From the human T2T-CHM13v2.0 reference genome, Homo sapiens, in the NCBI RefSeq assembly GCF_009914755.1, contig NC_060934.1: 64,000 nucleotides of DNA; one strand, 5' to 3'. Positions 11,700 to 26,150 of the stretch are shown one piece after another. The number at the start of each line of letters is the position of its first letter. Positions within the stretch are counted from its first letter, which is position 1. A program made the translations under genes and the position numbers. The notes under the pieces are model-generated. The model did no database searches, was not told the DNA's origin, and saw nothing but the letters and a program-made list of their open reading frames with translations.

Positions 11700-13397
11700 A
11701 CGTGTTCTCCGACAGCATTGGGTGAACAATAGGCTTTGAAACCAAACTCAGAATTGTCTGTCATTAGGAGCATTAAGCTATATTCGTAACTTTATTTCAA
11801 GAAGGGTTTGTGTGGTTTAATACAGCTATAGCTTTTTCTAACAGCCACACACTCTAACTTTGACACATTTGAAGATAGAAGATCTACAGGGAAATGTAGA
11901 ATCAAGAGCCATAAGACACTGGGTTACAGTTCATGAGAATTTGCAATTTAAGTATATGATGACTGAAAAAGAGATGGAGATGCATCGGCAAATGTATCTT
12001 TCGGCTGCTACATCTACAAGTAGGTTAATTAAGTCACCATCGTTCTGCAGAGAAAAGTGTAAAACACAGTGATCAAGTGAACTCTTCTCCAGGGTTACAC
12101 AATTCCTAACCTACACCATCCTCAGAGGAGGAGCCACGTGCTTCTGCCAGGCTCCAAGGAGCTCAGCCCAGTGAGGAGGAGGGAGGGGGCCAGGGCAACG
12201 CACACCCTTCCCCACTGTTGGGCCACAGATGGGGCTCTGTCCTTGGGGGCTGTGCTGGGGGATAGAGGAAGAGGCTCCCAGGCAAGGGGCATGCCTGGCT
12301 GCGCGCAGCAGCCTTCTGAGCTCAGGAACAGCTTGTACAGGGCTGGGCGCCTCTGGAGGGCAGGCAAGGGCCTGGGGCTGCAGCCCCACTCATCTCCTCC
12401 CCCAGTGGGTGTCTCAGAAGGGGCTGCAGAGGGGAGGCTGCCCCCTCAAAGTCCTGGGCCTTTTACCCAAGAGACAGACACCTCCAACTTTCAGCCAGTG
12501 CCCACCCAGTCTGCTATGCGCCAGGACCTAGATTCGGAGTCAATAGGCACCTTTCACCGCTGGCTGCCCATGGGCCTAGGCCACATACACACGTTCTGTT
12601 TTAAATTCAACCACATAGCTCAGCTCTCGCTCTCATCTGGTGCACCTGGAATAGCGGATGGGAACTGGATTTACTGAGTAGCATCCACGCATCTGCCCTC
12701 GGGGGATGCACCCAAAACGCCCCTAAGAACGTGTCCATTGCAACCCTCCACAACTGAGTCAGCCCCAATTCCTGCTCTCTGGGAATCGTGATAAGCCGGG
12801 GACCCCTGAAGCAGAGCTCCCTCCACGAAGCCCTCATATCCTCAAAGAAGGGAGGGGAATTCGAAGGTAAAATTGTCAAAACTTCGTGATCCTCTGTGGA
12901 AGTCCACAAGACAGGGGGATTGCTCTTCTGATGGGACTGGCTCAGCTGTGGGCAGCAGGTGAGAAAGGGCATGAGATGCATGCAGGCCCCCCGACGCCAG
13001 TGCTCCCTGAACACCCCGTGAGAAGGCTCCTGCCCCTCGCAGCCAAATGTGCCATAGGGCAGGTACTCAGGACAAAGCCCTTGGTTCACAGGTGACACCA
13101 CCCACGTGTGGAAAAGAAGCACTTGGGCAGGGCACCCCACACCAGCCAGCAGGGTTTGGAACCTCACTCCTCCAGCTTCCAGCCTGGCTCTTCCACTAAG
13201 AATGCAGCCTCCACCCCCCACTACCCCACCTCCACTGTCCAACAGGCAGCGCCATTTGCCCTGATTCTAGTTGAGCCAACAAAACTCGTTGCTCGTGGAA
13301 ACAGCCCTGGTTTAGAAGTCAACTCTGCCATACCAACCCCTTGCAGGGTAAAATGGGGCAAATTGCTGTATCTTCCCTGCAGGATATAAGGATGATA

Positions 13398-14022
13398 CAG
13401 GTTAAGACCAGAAGTGTTTCCTGTTGGGGATTGTTTTGGATTTTGGAATATCTGCATATATAAAATAAAATATCTTGGGGATGGGATCCAAATCTAAGCA
13501 CAAAATTCATTTATGTTTCATATCAACCTCATGCACATACCTGAAGGGAACTACATGCAATGTTTTAATAATTTTGTGGATGAAACAAAGTTTGTGTACA
13601 GGGAACCATCAGAAAGCAAAAGTGTCACTATCTCAGGCACCATGTGGAGAATTTGTGGCTGTTGGGCCTCACCATCATTCCTGACTCTGAATTTATATGT
13701 GACCAATAAGCAATCATTTTCTTACACTTATTCACACGTAAGCACTTAACAGTCAAATAGATGACATATCATTAATACAATGAAAACACAGTGTTCGCTT
13801 AGCAGCGTGGGGGCATCGGCAGAACACCTGCATCGGTTGTTGGAAACAGCAGCGGCAAGCAGACGGCGGGCTGGGTGCACCTTGTGTTGCCACCTGCATT
13901 CTGACCCCCACCCATCGCATGAGGTCAGGTGTAGAATTTTCCACTGGAGGCACTATGTCAGCATTCATCAGATTTTGGAGTATTTGGGATGCTGTATTTC
14001 CAGGTGAGAGACACCCAACCTG
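13398..14022 (+). mobile_element. Tigger4 (Zombi) internal-deletion derivative
   Basis: TA-flanked ends ta-caggtt...caacctg-ta; internal atcttggggatgggatccaaatctaa and gaaccatcagaaagcaaaagtgtcactatctcag. Confidence 0.85.
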
Positions 14023-14230
14023 TACTGCATCCCCGTGGGGCTCTCTGAGGACCGAGAGAGGGCAAAGAGAGGCGCTCAGCAAGCAGGAGCAAAGAATCAA
14101 GAGGATTAGAGCAGGGCCAGGATTCAAGCCCTCAGCCTCTCTCTGTTTAAGAAGAGTGTCTCAAAGCATCTGCTCTTCAGGGTGGGAGATGTCCCATTTA
14201 ATTTGTCTGGTAATATAACTAACACTTTCT

Positions 14231-14539
14231 TTTTAATTTTTAATTTAATTTTATTTATTTCTGTTGTTTTTAGGGAACAGGTGGTTTTTGGTTACATGGA
14301 TAAGTTTCTGAGATTTTGCAGCACCTGTCACCCAAGCAGTGTACACTGTGCCCAATGTGTAGTCTTTTATTCCTCACCCCCTCCCACCCTTCCCTCAGAG
14401 TCCCCAAAGTCCATTATATCATTCTTATGCTTTTGTGTCCTCATAGCTTAGCTTCCACTTATAAGTAAGAACAAATAAGATTTGGTTTTCCATTCCTGAG
14501 TTACTTCACTTGGAATAATGAACTCCAGCTCCATCCAGG
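14231..14539 (-). mobile_element. L1PB-type 3' end
   Basis: gggaacaggtggtttttggttacatggataagtt...cattcctgagttacttcact; TSD aacac(t/g)ttctttt at 14221 and 14540. Confidence 0.9.
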
Positions 14540-14558
14540 AACACGTTCTTTTGAATGC

Positions 14559-14978
14559 TGTGGTAGGCTGGAAAACGGTGTCCCCAAAGATGTCCATGTC
14601 CTGATCCCTGGAGCGTGTGAACGTTACCTTATACGGCTACACTGACTTTGCAGATGTAATTCGGAATCTTGAAATGTGGGTATAATTCTGGATTATCTGA
14701 GCAGGCCCAAAATGCAATCACAGGTGTTCTTTATGGAGACAGGGAGATCTGACACAGACAGAAGATGGGAAGGCTGTGTGAGGACAGAGGCCGCGACAGC
14801 AGCAATGCGGCCACCAGCCAAGGAGGCAGTGAAGGACTGTACCCCAAAGCCTCCAGTGGGAGCACAGTCCTGCCAGCACCTTGAGACCTTCTGGCCTCCA
14901 GACTGGGAGAGATGAACTGTAGTTTGAAGCCCTCCAGCTTGTGCGGATCTGTTACAGCCGCCACAGGAGACTCACCAG
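14559..14978 (+). mobile_element. MLT1C/D-type MaLR solo LTR
   Basis: tgtggtaggctg...ccccaaagatgtccatgtcctgatccctgga...gactttgcagatgtaatt...ttctggcctccagactg...tgttacagc. Confidence 0.88.
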
Positions 14979-15486
14979 ACCCCACGGCACAGTTTCACTA
15001 AATGACAGAGCCTGGCTCTCTGCAAGCTGTTACCAGGACAGCTGTGTCTCAGGGGAGAGAAAGCTCTGGGTCTCCCACTGCAGGGGCAGGGATGCCCTAT
15101 TGCTGACAGTCCCCTCAAAAGCCCAGCACCTCTGAGGTCACAGACCAAAAACAAGCTGAAGACCCATTATGAGAGAAAACAGTGCCTGACTCCAAGGCCG
15201 CTGATGGGAAAGCCAAGATCTTTCTGCTTTTGTTTGTTTAAACGTAAGTGCAACACAAAATGCATTTATTTCATCAATAATTTCCTCAAACCACCCTATC
15301 CCCCCACCACAGCCTCACTCGATCTCTACTTGTTCTCAAGGGGAACTCAGAATGGCAGGTGTATCCCCAACAGATTCTTAAGAATTTAGAAGATAACCTA
15401 TCCAAGTTTCATCATAAAGAAGTAAACATAATTTACTGTCTAAATGAGGACAACGTTCAGAACAAAGAGGGGCTTAGAAATAATTA

Positions 15487-16010
<524 letters not shown>

Positions 16011-16136
16011 GCATGTGTGGTGCGCAGCATGGACTCAGGATGTAGTCGGTAAATGAATAAAATGTTATCAAATAAGAAAAACACAGGGCGTGGAACTCAT
16101 AAGGCCAGTGTTGTAGGGAGCTTCCCTGTATGGGTT

Positions 16137-16166
16137 CACACAAACACACACACACACACACACACA
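16137..16166. repeat. (CA)n microsatellite
   Basis: Visible CA run. Confidence 0.9.
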
Positions 16167-17567
16167 TTCTCCAAAAGCCACACAAAGAAGTAAATACAGA
16201 GGGGTATAGACAATCATTAGGAACGCAGCAATGGAAGTTGCCAAAATTGGATTTTTTTCACAGAGAAAAGACCACTTGAATATCCAACTCAGCCTGAGAG
16301 AGGAAGTCAACAGGACGGACGCCGCGCAAAGAAAGAGCTCCCGCTGATTGTGCGCTGCCCGCTGCAAAGAACTGAATAACATGGTCTGCAACGCTCCAGA
16401 CAAAACCAAAACGGCATAGCCAGGCTCCAGCACGAGATACACATTGCATGGGTGCAGAGTGAAACACAAACGCAATGACGAGGGGGGCTGCAGCTGCAGC
16501 CTGGCAGGGCTCTGGGTCTCGAAGCGCAGTAGCATCAGGAGTTAGCTTCCAGTGGCAGAAAAGGAACAACAAAAAAGGCGGGGAATACAGGGCTTCATCA
16601 AAAACAGATAAATGCTGTTGAAGGCAGGGATGGGGGGCGAGACGCCCCTCTTCCTCTACTCACAAAAGGAGGCTGGAAAAAGATCAAGGTCAAATCTTAC
16701 ACCTCATGGCTTTGTGACTGCATCAGCAACGTGCCCAGTATGAGAGTGGAGCTAAAGTTCCAATTCCGCATTAGAGATACCATGAGCTGGGCACAGGCAA
16801 CAGCCAGAGAGCTAAAGAGGGAGGATAAAGCGGGGAGAGACGGGGGAGTGGGGAGAGAGAGAGAAACGCTTGGGGGAGAGAAAATACGGATGCAAGATAC
16901 AAAAACACAACCTTCCCACTCAAAACAGGCCTACTCACCAAAATTCCAAAACACATAAAACAAACCTCATACAAGAAAGACAAATCATAAAAGAAAGAAT
17001 GTGAATTCATTCCAGATAAAACTAAGTTTATAGAAATCCTAGCAAAGACTTTTAAGAATAAGTTTTAAATGTTAAAGGGATACATCCAACATCTCTGTAA
17101 ATAATAAACCCAAATGAAATAAGAATAGATGTATATAAAAGAGAATCAATTATAACATCTTAGAAATGAAATGTATTGTCACTGAAAATGTTTTAAGCAC
17201 ACGAGGTGGGGTAAACTGTAAGAGGAAGGTGGTTCCAGGTCAAAGAATGAAATTGAAGGCAGACTCGAGGATTTCACCAACATCAAAGAGCAGCAACATT
17301 TTTTTTTAATGTATGAAAAGCCTGTTAAAAGACATGGAGAATAGATCAAGAGGCTCCAAGATTTATAAAATTGGAGTACTTAAAGCTGAGGATGGGAGAC
17401 AAGTGATATTAGATCATTTAAAATAAATAATAGCTAAGAATTTTACAGAACTGGAGGACAGAATTCTTCAGAGGCAAGAGTAATTCATTTCAATCAATAA
17501 AAATATCTGTGTCCACACAGCATAGCAGCTTAGAAAAAAATGCAGAACCTTGGAAATAGGGAAGCAA

Positions 17568-17846
17568 GGACGGGTGCAGTGGCTCATGCCTTTAATCCCA
17601 GCACTTTGGGAGGCCGGGGCAGGCAGATGACTTGAGGCCAGGAGTTCAAGACCATCCTGGCCAACATGGCAAAACCCAGTCTCTACTAAAAATACAAAAA
17701 TTAGCCAGGCATGGGGATGCACATCTGTAATCTCAGCCACTTAGGAGGCTGAGGCACGAGAATCACTTGAACCCAGGAGGCAGAGGTTGCAGGGAGCCAA
17801 GATCACACCACTGCACTTTAGCCTGGGTGACAGAGGGAGACTCTGT

Positions 17847-17877
<31 letters not shown>

Positions 17878-17900
17878 CAAGAAAAAAGAAAGAAGAAAAG
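17568..17900 (+). mobile_element. AluS (Sz/Sx-like)
   Basis: Full dimer with long A tail; degenerate TSD aaata(g/a)ggaa(g/a)caa. Confidence 0.95.
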
Positions 17901-18706
17901 AAAATAAGGAAACAACATCAAAAGCTTCCAGAAGAAAGAAATTGCCTATAAAGGAACGATAATTACAATGCTGACAGAGTTCTCAGCAGCAACAAGAAAT
18001 TTCATAAGGCAAGGAAGAAACACCTTTAAAGTTTTGGGGGGAAAACAGATAAACTTAACCAAGAATTTCAAACCAGTCCAACTATCAATCAAGAGTGAAA
18101 GCAAAATAAAGAAATTTTGAGGTATATAAAGATTTAGTGAATTTACAATCTACAGATCCTCAATATAGGAACTATACCAGCATGCATGTTGAGGGGGAAG
18201 TAAGTACCAAAGGAGTTATGGGAAATAAGAGGCAAATATGAACATAGAAACTGATAAAATATAACAGTAAATTTAATAACTAATTTAGAAAATGACAATG
18301 TTTTATACTAAAAAATAGTGGTAAAACAAACTCCCAACAACAATACACAAGATGGGGACTTATTCCATGTCAGCTAAGGTATTTATTATAGTCAGAAAAA
18401 AGAAAATAGAAATACCAAACAGCTCTAGCCTTTGTTAGGAAATTTTTAGTTAAGTATCTTAAAAATTTAGGAATAATCACCAAAAAGTAAAAATACAATC
18501 TATAACTTCCAAAGTAAAAGAAAAAAGTATCATAAAATATTTTATTAATTTTCAGGGTAATAAAAAGGATAAAAAGAAGATGAAAAAGTGGGGGGAAAGA
18601 AAGAGGAAACAAACGAGAAAAAAATAAATTGATACTAAAAACAAAAATGTAAAATAAAACGATACATATAAGACCAAATGTGTGCATTAACCACAATAAA
18701 TATTAA

Positions 18707-19090
<384 letters not shown>

Positions 19091-19361
19091 TGACTTAAAA
19101 GGAACACAAATAAGACAAAACCACACAGAAAAATTGAAAATAAAAACAAGATATAATATGCAGATATTACCCAAATGAAAAGGAAGTGCTATCTATATTA
19201 ATATGACACAAAAATACAATCTGTGGCAAAAAGTATTAAAATGTCTAAATAATGACACTATCATAGGGAAAAATTCACCACAAAGATATTAGCAATTACA
19301 AATTTTGTATACTTCTAACAACATAGCTCCAAAATGTAACAAGCTCTAACTGGCAGCATTA

Positions 19362-19680
<319 letters not shown>

Positions 19681-20013
19681 AATTAAAATCCACAGTCACA
19701 GTATTTGTAAACTATAAACTAGATCTAATAAGCAACTTCCTTACCCTGACAAAAGACACTTATTCAAAACCTACAACATCCATTATACATAATAGTGAGA
19801 CTTTAAAAGTTCTCATTAAAACTAAGGACAAGAATAGCTCCTATTACTACTTAGAGTTGACTTTCTTCTATCCAATGCAATAAGAAAAGAAAAATGAATT
19901 CATGTTTCAGAAACAGCAAAGGAAGAGATAATATGATAGTCCATTTATAAATTCAAGAAAATCTGTAGACAAATCATAGAAATAAAGATCAGCGTGGTTA
20001 TTAGATATCGAAT

Positions 20014-20462
20014 TGTAGTAGGCAGAATAATGACTCCAAAAGATGTCTGTGCCCTAATTCCCAGAACCTGTGGCTATGCTTACCAACATGGCAAAAGGTA
20101 TGATCAAGGTTAAAGGCCTTGAGATAGGGAGATTAGCCTGGATTATCCAGGGTGAGCCCAATCTAATACCACAAATCCTTAGACGTGGAGCTGGAACAAT
20201 GGAAGAAGGGTCAGAGAGATACAATGTGCTGGCTTTGAAGATGGAGGAAGGGGCCGCAGGCCAAGAAATGTGAGTGGCGTGGAAACAGATTCTCCCTTAG
20301 AGTCTCCAGAAAGGAACACAACTCTTCTGACACCTTCATTTTAGCCCAGTGAGACCTACATGGGACTTCTGATCTACCAAACTGTAAGAAAATAAATTTG
20401 CATTTATTTAAGCCACTAAGTTTGTGATATCTCTTTTACAGCAGCAATAGAAATCTAATACA
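20014..20462 (+). mobile_element. MLT1D-type MaLR solo LTR nested in the L1
   Basis: TG...CA ends (tgtagtaggcagaataatg...cagcaatagaaatctaataca); 5-bp TSD c(g/a)aat. Confidence 0.92.
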
Positions 20463-21231
20463 CAAATCAACACATAAAAATCATGTCCATCACCAAGCAT
20501 CCTATTATAGAACATAAATGCTAAAATTCCCAATCACAACAACAACAAAATGCAAAATGTCACTGGAAAAAAAAAACTAAAAAATACTTGTATGAGAACA
20601 GTACTAAGAGAATATTATCAAAGGATATAAAACAAGACCTCAAAAAATGAGAAGGCATATCATGGACATGAATTAGAACACTTCATTATAAATATGTCAA
20701 ACCTGCCAAAATTAATCTATAAAGTCAACTGTAATTACAATTACAATTCCAACAGGGTTTTTGAAGAAACTTTGCAAGCTTATCTTAAAATTCTAATGAA
20801 AGAGCACGGGGTCAAGAATAATCAAGAGGATACTGAAGAAAATAAACAATGTGAGGAAACTTGCCCTCTCAGGCATCAAGACTATTATAAAGTTATATTA
20901 GATAAGAGAGTGAATTTTTGCCATAGGGAAAGAAAGAACGGCCAATGGAACAGAATGAAAGTCAAAAAATAATACCTATAGTATATTTCCATTTAGATAA
21001 AGTGGAAAAGAAAGGCACAAGTACAGAATATATTGTGTAGGGACACATATATGTGTGGAACACAGCAAAGATGACCAGAGGACCATTTATCATACAAATT
21101 GGGAAGGAGAAGGGAAGGGAATGGGATGAAGGGGTGGCCCACACAAATGCTCTAAAATACCGGAAATGTTCTATGTCATAGCATAACTGATGGCTTCTTA
21201 TTTTGCTTTATTGGCTTATAATAATCCTTAA

Positions 21232-21278
21232 GTGTGTGTGTGGGGGGGGTGGGGGGTGTGGGTGGGTGTGTGTGTGTG
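21232..21278. repeat. (TG)n and G-run low-complexity tract
   Basis: gtgtgtgtgtggggggggtggggggtgtgggtgggtgtgtg. Confidence 0.85.
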
Positions 21279-21464
21279 CCCCTCTTCAGTTTGTATGGTA
21301 AATTTTACAATGCAATATTTTAATGACTAGCAAAATAATGGATTATTCAATAAATGAAGCTGTGACAATTGGTTATTCATGAGGAAAATGTAAAATCAGA
21401 TACCTACTTTTTACATTCAAATGTCTCACCAATAGATTTAAGACCTACGTGTGAGAACCAACTT

Positions 21465-21506
21465 TGTCACTTTTCTAGTAACTGGATGTCACTTTTCTAG
21501 TAACTG
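21465..21506. repeat. 22-bp-period tandem duplication
   Basis: tgtcacttttctagtaactg occurs at 21465 and 21487. Confidence 0.9.
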
Positions 21507-22358
21507 AACGGTCCAGTAACAGTAGGCTCTTATGGCACAGAAACTTTTCTTAAACAAACGTAAAAAGCATAAGATGTAAATTAAAATATTAATAATTTTT
21601 TGATAATATCAATATTAAAACATCCACATCAAAAGACATAGTAAAATAATGTGGAAAAACAAGCCATAGAATGTGAGAAAATATTTGCAATATGCATAAG
21701 AAAGAAATTATTATACCCAGATACACATATTGTATTTTTAAAACATGCTTTCTAATCAATAATAAAAAACCAGATACCACAATAGGAAAATGACCCAGTA
21801 ATAAGAACACGCAGTTTGCACAAGATGAAAGTAAATGGCCAATAAATATAGACAAGCCTCTACTTCATGAGTAATTAGGGGAATGCAAATTAAAACAAGG
21901 AGCTATCAATCCACACCCAACTATTGGCAAATGTTTTTAAATGGGGCAATTACAACTTTTGTAAGGTGAAGGGGGAAGGAGAATTTCCATACCCACCAGT
22001 ATGAATGTACAATGGTACCTAATTTTGGAGAGTAATTGGGGGCTATCTAACAAATTTTAAGACACTTGTACCCTATGACTTAGCAATGTGATTTCTCAAT
22101 GGAAACTTTTGCTTCTGTGTGTAAGAGTTAGAATGAGACATGTACTGAAAAAGAACATCCAAGTCCATCGTATTGGTTATAGGGGGAAATGGAAAACAGG
22201 CTAACTAGCCATCAATAGGAGAATGGATAGACAGCATCAGAGTCCTACAATAAAAAAAAAACAACAACATAGAGAGGATAAAATAGATTTACTAGAGTTA
22301 TATATGCAAGCTCAAAAACATAATGTTCAGTGGAAAAATTTTAAAAAAAAACAAGGGT

Positions 22359-22530
22359 AGTTGGGTGCAGCCGTTTGCACCTATAGTCCCAGCTACTCAG
22401 GCTAAAGTAGGAGGATCACTTGAGTCCAGGAGTTCAGGGCAGCAGTGAGCTAGGATTGCACTTGTGAATAGCCACTGCACTCCAGCCTGGGCAATATAGC
22501 AAAACCCCATCTCAAAAAAAAAAAAAATCA
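22359..22530 (+). mobile_element. FAM (fossil Alu monomer)
   Basis: Monomer retaining the 7SL segment tgtgaatagccactgcactccagcctgggcaa, whose first part is missing from dimeric Alu; A tail. Confidence 0.85.
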
Positions 22531-22992
22531 ATAACAACAACAACGAAAAGGCATACAGACAGTATGATACCATAGCTTTATTTTTTTTTAAGTCTACACA
22601 CCACTGTCAGATAACTTATTGAAACATAAGTATCTTGTAAAAGTATAAAAATATGCATAGGAATGATGACCACTGAGTGATTCTAAGGGGGATAGAGAGG
22701 GCTAGGATCACAGAGCGGCACGCAGGGGTCCATTTCATCTCTAATGTCAGGGTTTGATAATAACGGTGAGCAAATGGGTAGTTGTTAGGCTCTCTTACTT
22801 TTGGAATGCTTGAAATAGTACCTGATTTTAAGAAGGACATTTTCATAAAGAGGACTAAAGCGCCTCTGGTGGGAATATCTCCCACCAGAGATATCTGCCA
22901 TTGCTAACGCCCAGTGCCATGAATTCACACGGGCGCCTCATCACCAAAGAGACACAACCTGCCACTGAGAAGATGACCTGTATTTCTTAATA

Positions 22993-23000
22993 TGACGTCA
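22993..23000. promoter_or_regulatory. Perfect CRE (TGACGTCA)
   Basis: Exact palindromic CREB/ATF site with intact CpG in unique sequence; function untested. Confidence 0.35.
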
Positions 23001-23006
23001 ACTTAC

Positions 23007-23024
23007 TTTATGCCACAGCCACGA
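23007..23024 (-). other. Candidate 18-nt microexon
   Basis: Minus strand reads ttttcttccttcttgccttcttgtcag|TCGTGGCTGTGGCATAAA|gtaagt. Confidence 0.25.
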
Positions 23025-23275
23025 CTGACAAGAAGGCAAGAAGGAAGAAAATTTTCTCTAAAAATGAAGGAAATGTTGCTGTTTACGAAGCAGTCCAAAT
23101 GTAATGAATATTTATAGGTCACGAAATCTAACCTGCCAAGGCACTCTGATTAATAACAGAGTGGGATAACACAACCTGGTAACCTTTTATGATAAATTAT
23201 AGGCTGTACATCGGTGGTCTGGGACTGGCAGGGGGTGAATCCCTGTCCTGGCCGCCTCCTCCTGAAGGACTTCAC

Positions 23276-23406
23276 ATGGAGAGTGGCAGGCTCCGAGAGC
23301 TGTGGACAGCAGCGCAGCCACCCGAACCCCTGTGAGGGGTCAGGCAAGGATATGGAGAGTGGCAGGCTCTGAGGGCCGTGGACAGGGGCACAGCCACCTG
23401 AACCCC
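23276..23406. repeat. 55-bp direct repeat, 76-bp period
   Basis: atggagagtggcaggctc.gag.gc.gtggacag..g..cagccacc.gaacccc starts at 23276 and 23352. Confidence 0.9.
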
Positions 23407-24974
23407 AGGCGTGGATAGAAAGTTGTGAAACTCTGGGATGTGCTTGAGATTTCTGTCAACTGGAGGAACAGACGGATTTAGGGGAGGTGGGCCTGAGAGA
23501 AAACGCAGCAGTTTTCTCTTTCTGCGGAGATCTGCTATCAAACCACCTCAGCCTCAATGGGATGAAAGTCCACGGCAGGTAACCTTTCTCTCGGCATCCT
23601 GTCCGTCTTCCACAGAAGAGAGCCTGCATCAGGCCGGGTGTTGATGACTCAGAAATAAATGGTCTGCTGTTGATATGCGTGTTTTAACCCCTGTGAACAT
23701 TAATGAGAGTTTTGTGTACGTATTGATTGCCAAAGAGGCCTAAAGTTTAAAGCATTCATTCTGAATTCCAAGATATTTGTCAATTCCTCCCAGACCCTCG
23801 GTCCTCATCAGCACTTGGTATTTTGAACTTCTTTTCTCTGCATATTTTAAAAGAAGAAATGTAGGGGCTTATCTAATCTGATCCTATGAATCTGAAACCC
23901 ACATCATTTAATGGGTCCGTCGATATACATCCATATTTAGGCTGAGATGAATGGGCATGGCTGCGCATTCGCCTTGGCAGCAAGGCTGGGCATCAATCAT
24001 GAAGATTAGTCCTCACGCAGACACATCAGCCATTTGGCATCCTGGTGCCCCCAGCCCCCACCTGATATGGTTGAAGACACTTCCAATATATCAATAATGA
24101 TCTGTGTCCAAAAACTTCTCAGGGGGATCACATGAGCTGGGGGGAGATATATTTCCTCATGCCCGTATTACAGTCTGGTTGCCTCTGCTTCCTGGAACCC
24201 CAGAGGTGACCTCCCAAGCTTTCTGAAATATGGACCAATTTAGCTTACACCTGCAGATGTCACTGGCCACAGCAGCTCTCCAGCAGAGAGAGCTAAGGTC
24301 CCAGTGAGTGGGTATTGGAAGGAGTCGGCCTTGACAGCTCTGGTTTTGGGGTGCAGTGTGGAGAAGCTTGCTCCAAACCCACTGTCCTTTCTCACAACCG
24401 CCCCATCTGCCAAGCACTGGCTCCCACCTTCAGACCAGTCTATTTTCACTGCCTTACAGACCATGGTGACTTTTCCTTTTAAATGCCTCCTGGCAGCTTC
24501 CCCAGGTGTTGCAGTCTACTTGGGGTTCCTGGGGGGATCGGAGGACTCACAGAGCCCTGCCCCGGCTGCCCAGCTCCCGGCTCTGTGGATCCACAGAGAA
24601 CAGCCCTGGACACAGCCCCACCTGCCTCCACTTCCCACCCATGTGGCCTGCGTGAGTTAGGGACCCTCTCAAAGGCTCAATTTCTGAACCTTTCCGCATA
24701 AGGACCAAACTACCCACCTTAGAGTCTGGGGAGAGCCGAACTGATGTGCTGGGGACCACGCTGGGCGTCTGCTGGTGAAAGCCCACGTGCCGTGTCCACT
24801 CAGAGGGGCTGTATTTTCCTCCCCAGCATCATCCCAGAGCCTAAGTGTACAAAGGGAGGTGGAAACAGAGAAACAGTAGAAATGAACACAGGTTCCTGAA
24901 TGACAGGGAACTGGGGAAGGTGGTGTGGCTTGCGCCACACACGAGTGCCTTCACTAAGGGCCCAGTGAGACAAG

Positions 24975-25126
24975 GGCCAGCCAATAAAACACAGGGTGCC
25001 CGGCCAGATTTGAATTTCAGATACGCAATGAATGCTTCGTAGTATAAGAAGTTTTTAGTATACTTACACTTACATAATCACTTACAAGTTCTTCCTTGTT
25101 CACCTGGAATTCAAATTAACTAACCT
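24975..25126. mobile_element. MER53 palindromic hAT MITE
   Basis: aataaaacacaggg...tttgaatttcagata...tagtataag...atacttac...gaattcaaatt. Confidence 0.8.
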
Positions 25127-25825
25127 GGGGAGAGAAGGAGGCAGGGAGAAGTCGCAGCTTAACAGGTGAGAGAAACAAGGATCGCACAAGTCCCTGGAAA
25201 CGCAGAGACAGGAGGAGCCAGACGAGCAGGTGCCAAGTCCCCAGGTGTGGCGAGTGGAGCCTCGGGAGGAGGCACTGGGCAGCTGGACTGTGCTGTACCC
25301 TCCGCTTCCCCACACACAGGCACTGAGCAGAGGCCACGCCGCTCACTTCTGGGGGGACCCAAGGCACTTACATAAGTAAAGCAGCTCTTTCAGCTCTTCT
25401 GCAGACTCAGGTAGGGTGGGGTTTGTTTTTTCTTAATCTTTAGTAAAGGACCAGGCAGAAAGATCAACAGTTCATCCTATGCTTATATTTGGGAGGGAAT
25501 CAAAGGAGGAAAGAAGCTTAGTCTCCTACTGAGGAAAATATCTGAACTTAATTACTTGGAGCCCAATTAATATTGGAGAAGATGCTCTGGTTCTCAGAGG
25601 ACGGTTACGTCATCCCTCACGCAGATGCACTGTGTCCTCCCGCGGGGATTTCTAAGATCAGAAGAACATTTAACTTACATGTTATAGGAATTTTGCAGTT
25701 TGGGACAGCTTATAAATGAAAATATAACAGCTTAAACAGGTCACTCACTCTTTTACTCATCAGGAAAGTTTCAGGCAGTGGCCTGGACTGAAGGACGCTA
25801 TCCCCTCTCCCCGGGAGAAACAGCC

Positions 25826-26150
25826 TAGAGTGGTCAACAAGGTACCAACTGCAGGCCAGATCCAGCCCACTGCCTTCTTTATGTGACCTGTGAGCTAAGA
25901 ATGGTGTTTACCATTTTAAATAGTTGAAAAAAAAAATCCAAAGAACAAATTACCTTGTGGCACATGGAAATTCTATAAAATTCAAACTTCAGTGTCTATA
26001 ATGAAGTTCTGTGGGAACCCAGCCAAGCACATGCACGTTTATGCATTGTTGATGGTTGTCTTACTGACACAAGGCAGGACTGACTAATCGCAGCATCTGC
26101 AAAGATGAAAATACTTACTACCTGACCAATAGAAAAAAGTTTGCCAACAT
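25826..26150. mobile_element. MER58B (hAT-Charlie)
   Basis: caggccagatccagcccac...gagctaagaatgg...aaattcaaacttcagtgtc...aaaaagtttgccaac. Confidence 0.85.

Noticed and set aside
11290-11773. Repetitive ORFs on both strands
   Set aside because: Produced by the 51-bp (17-codon) VNTR.
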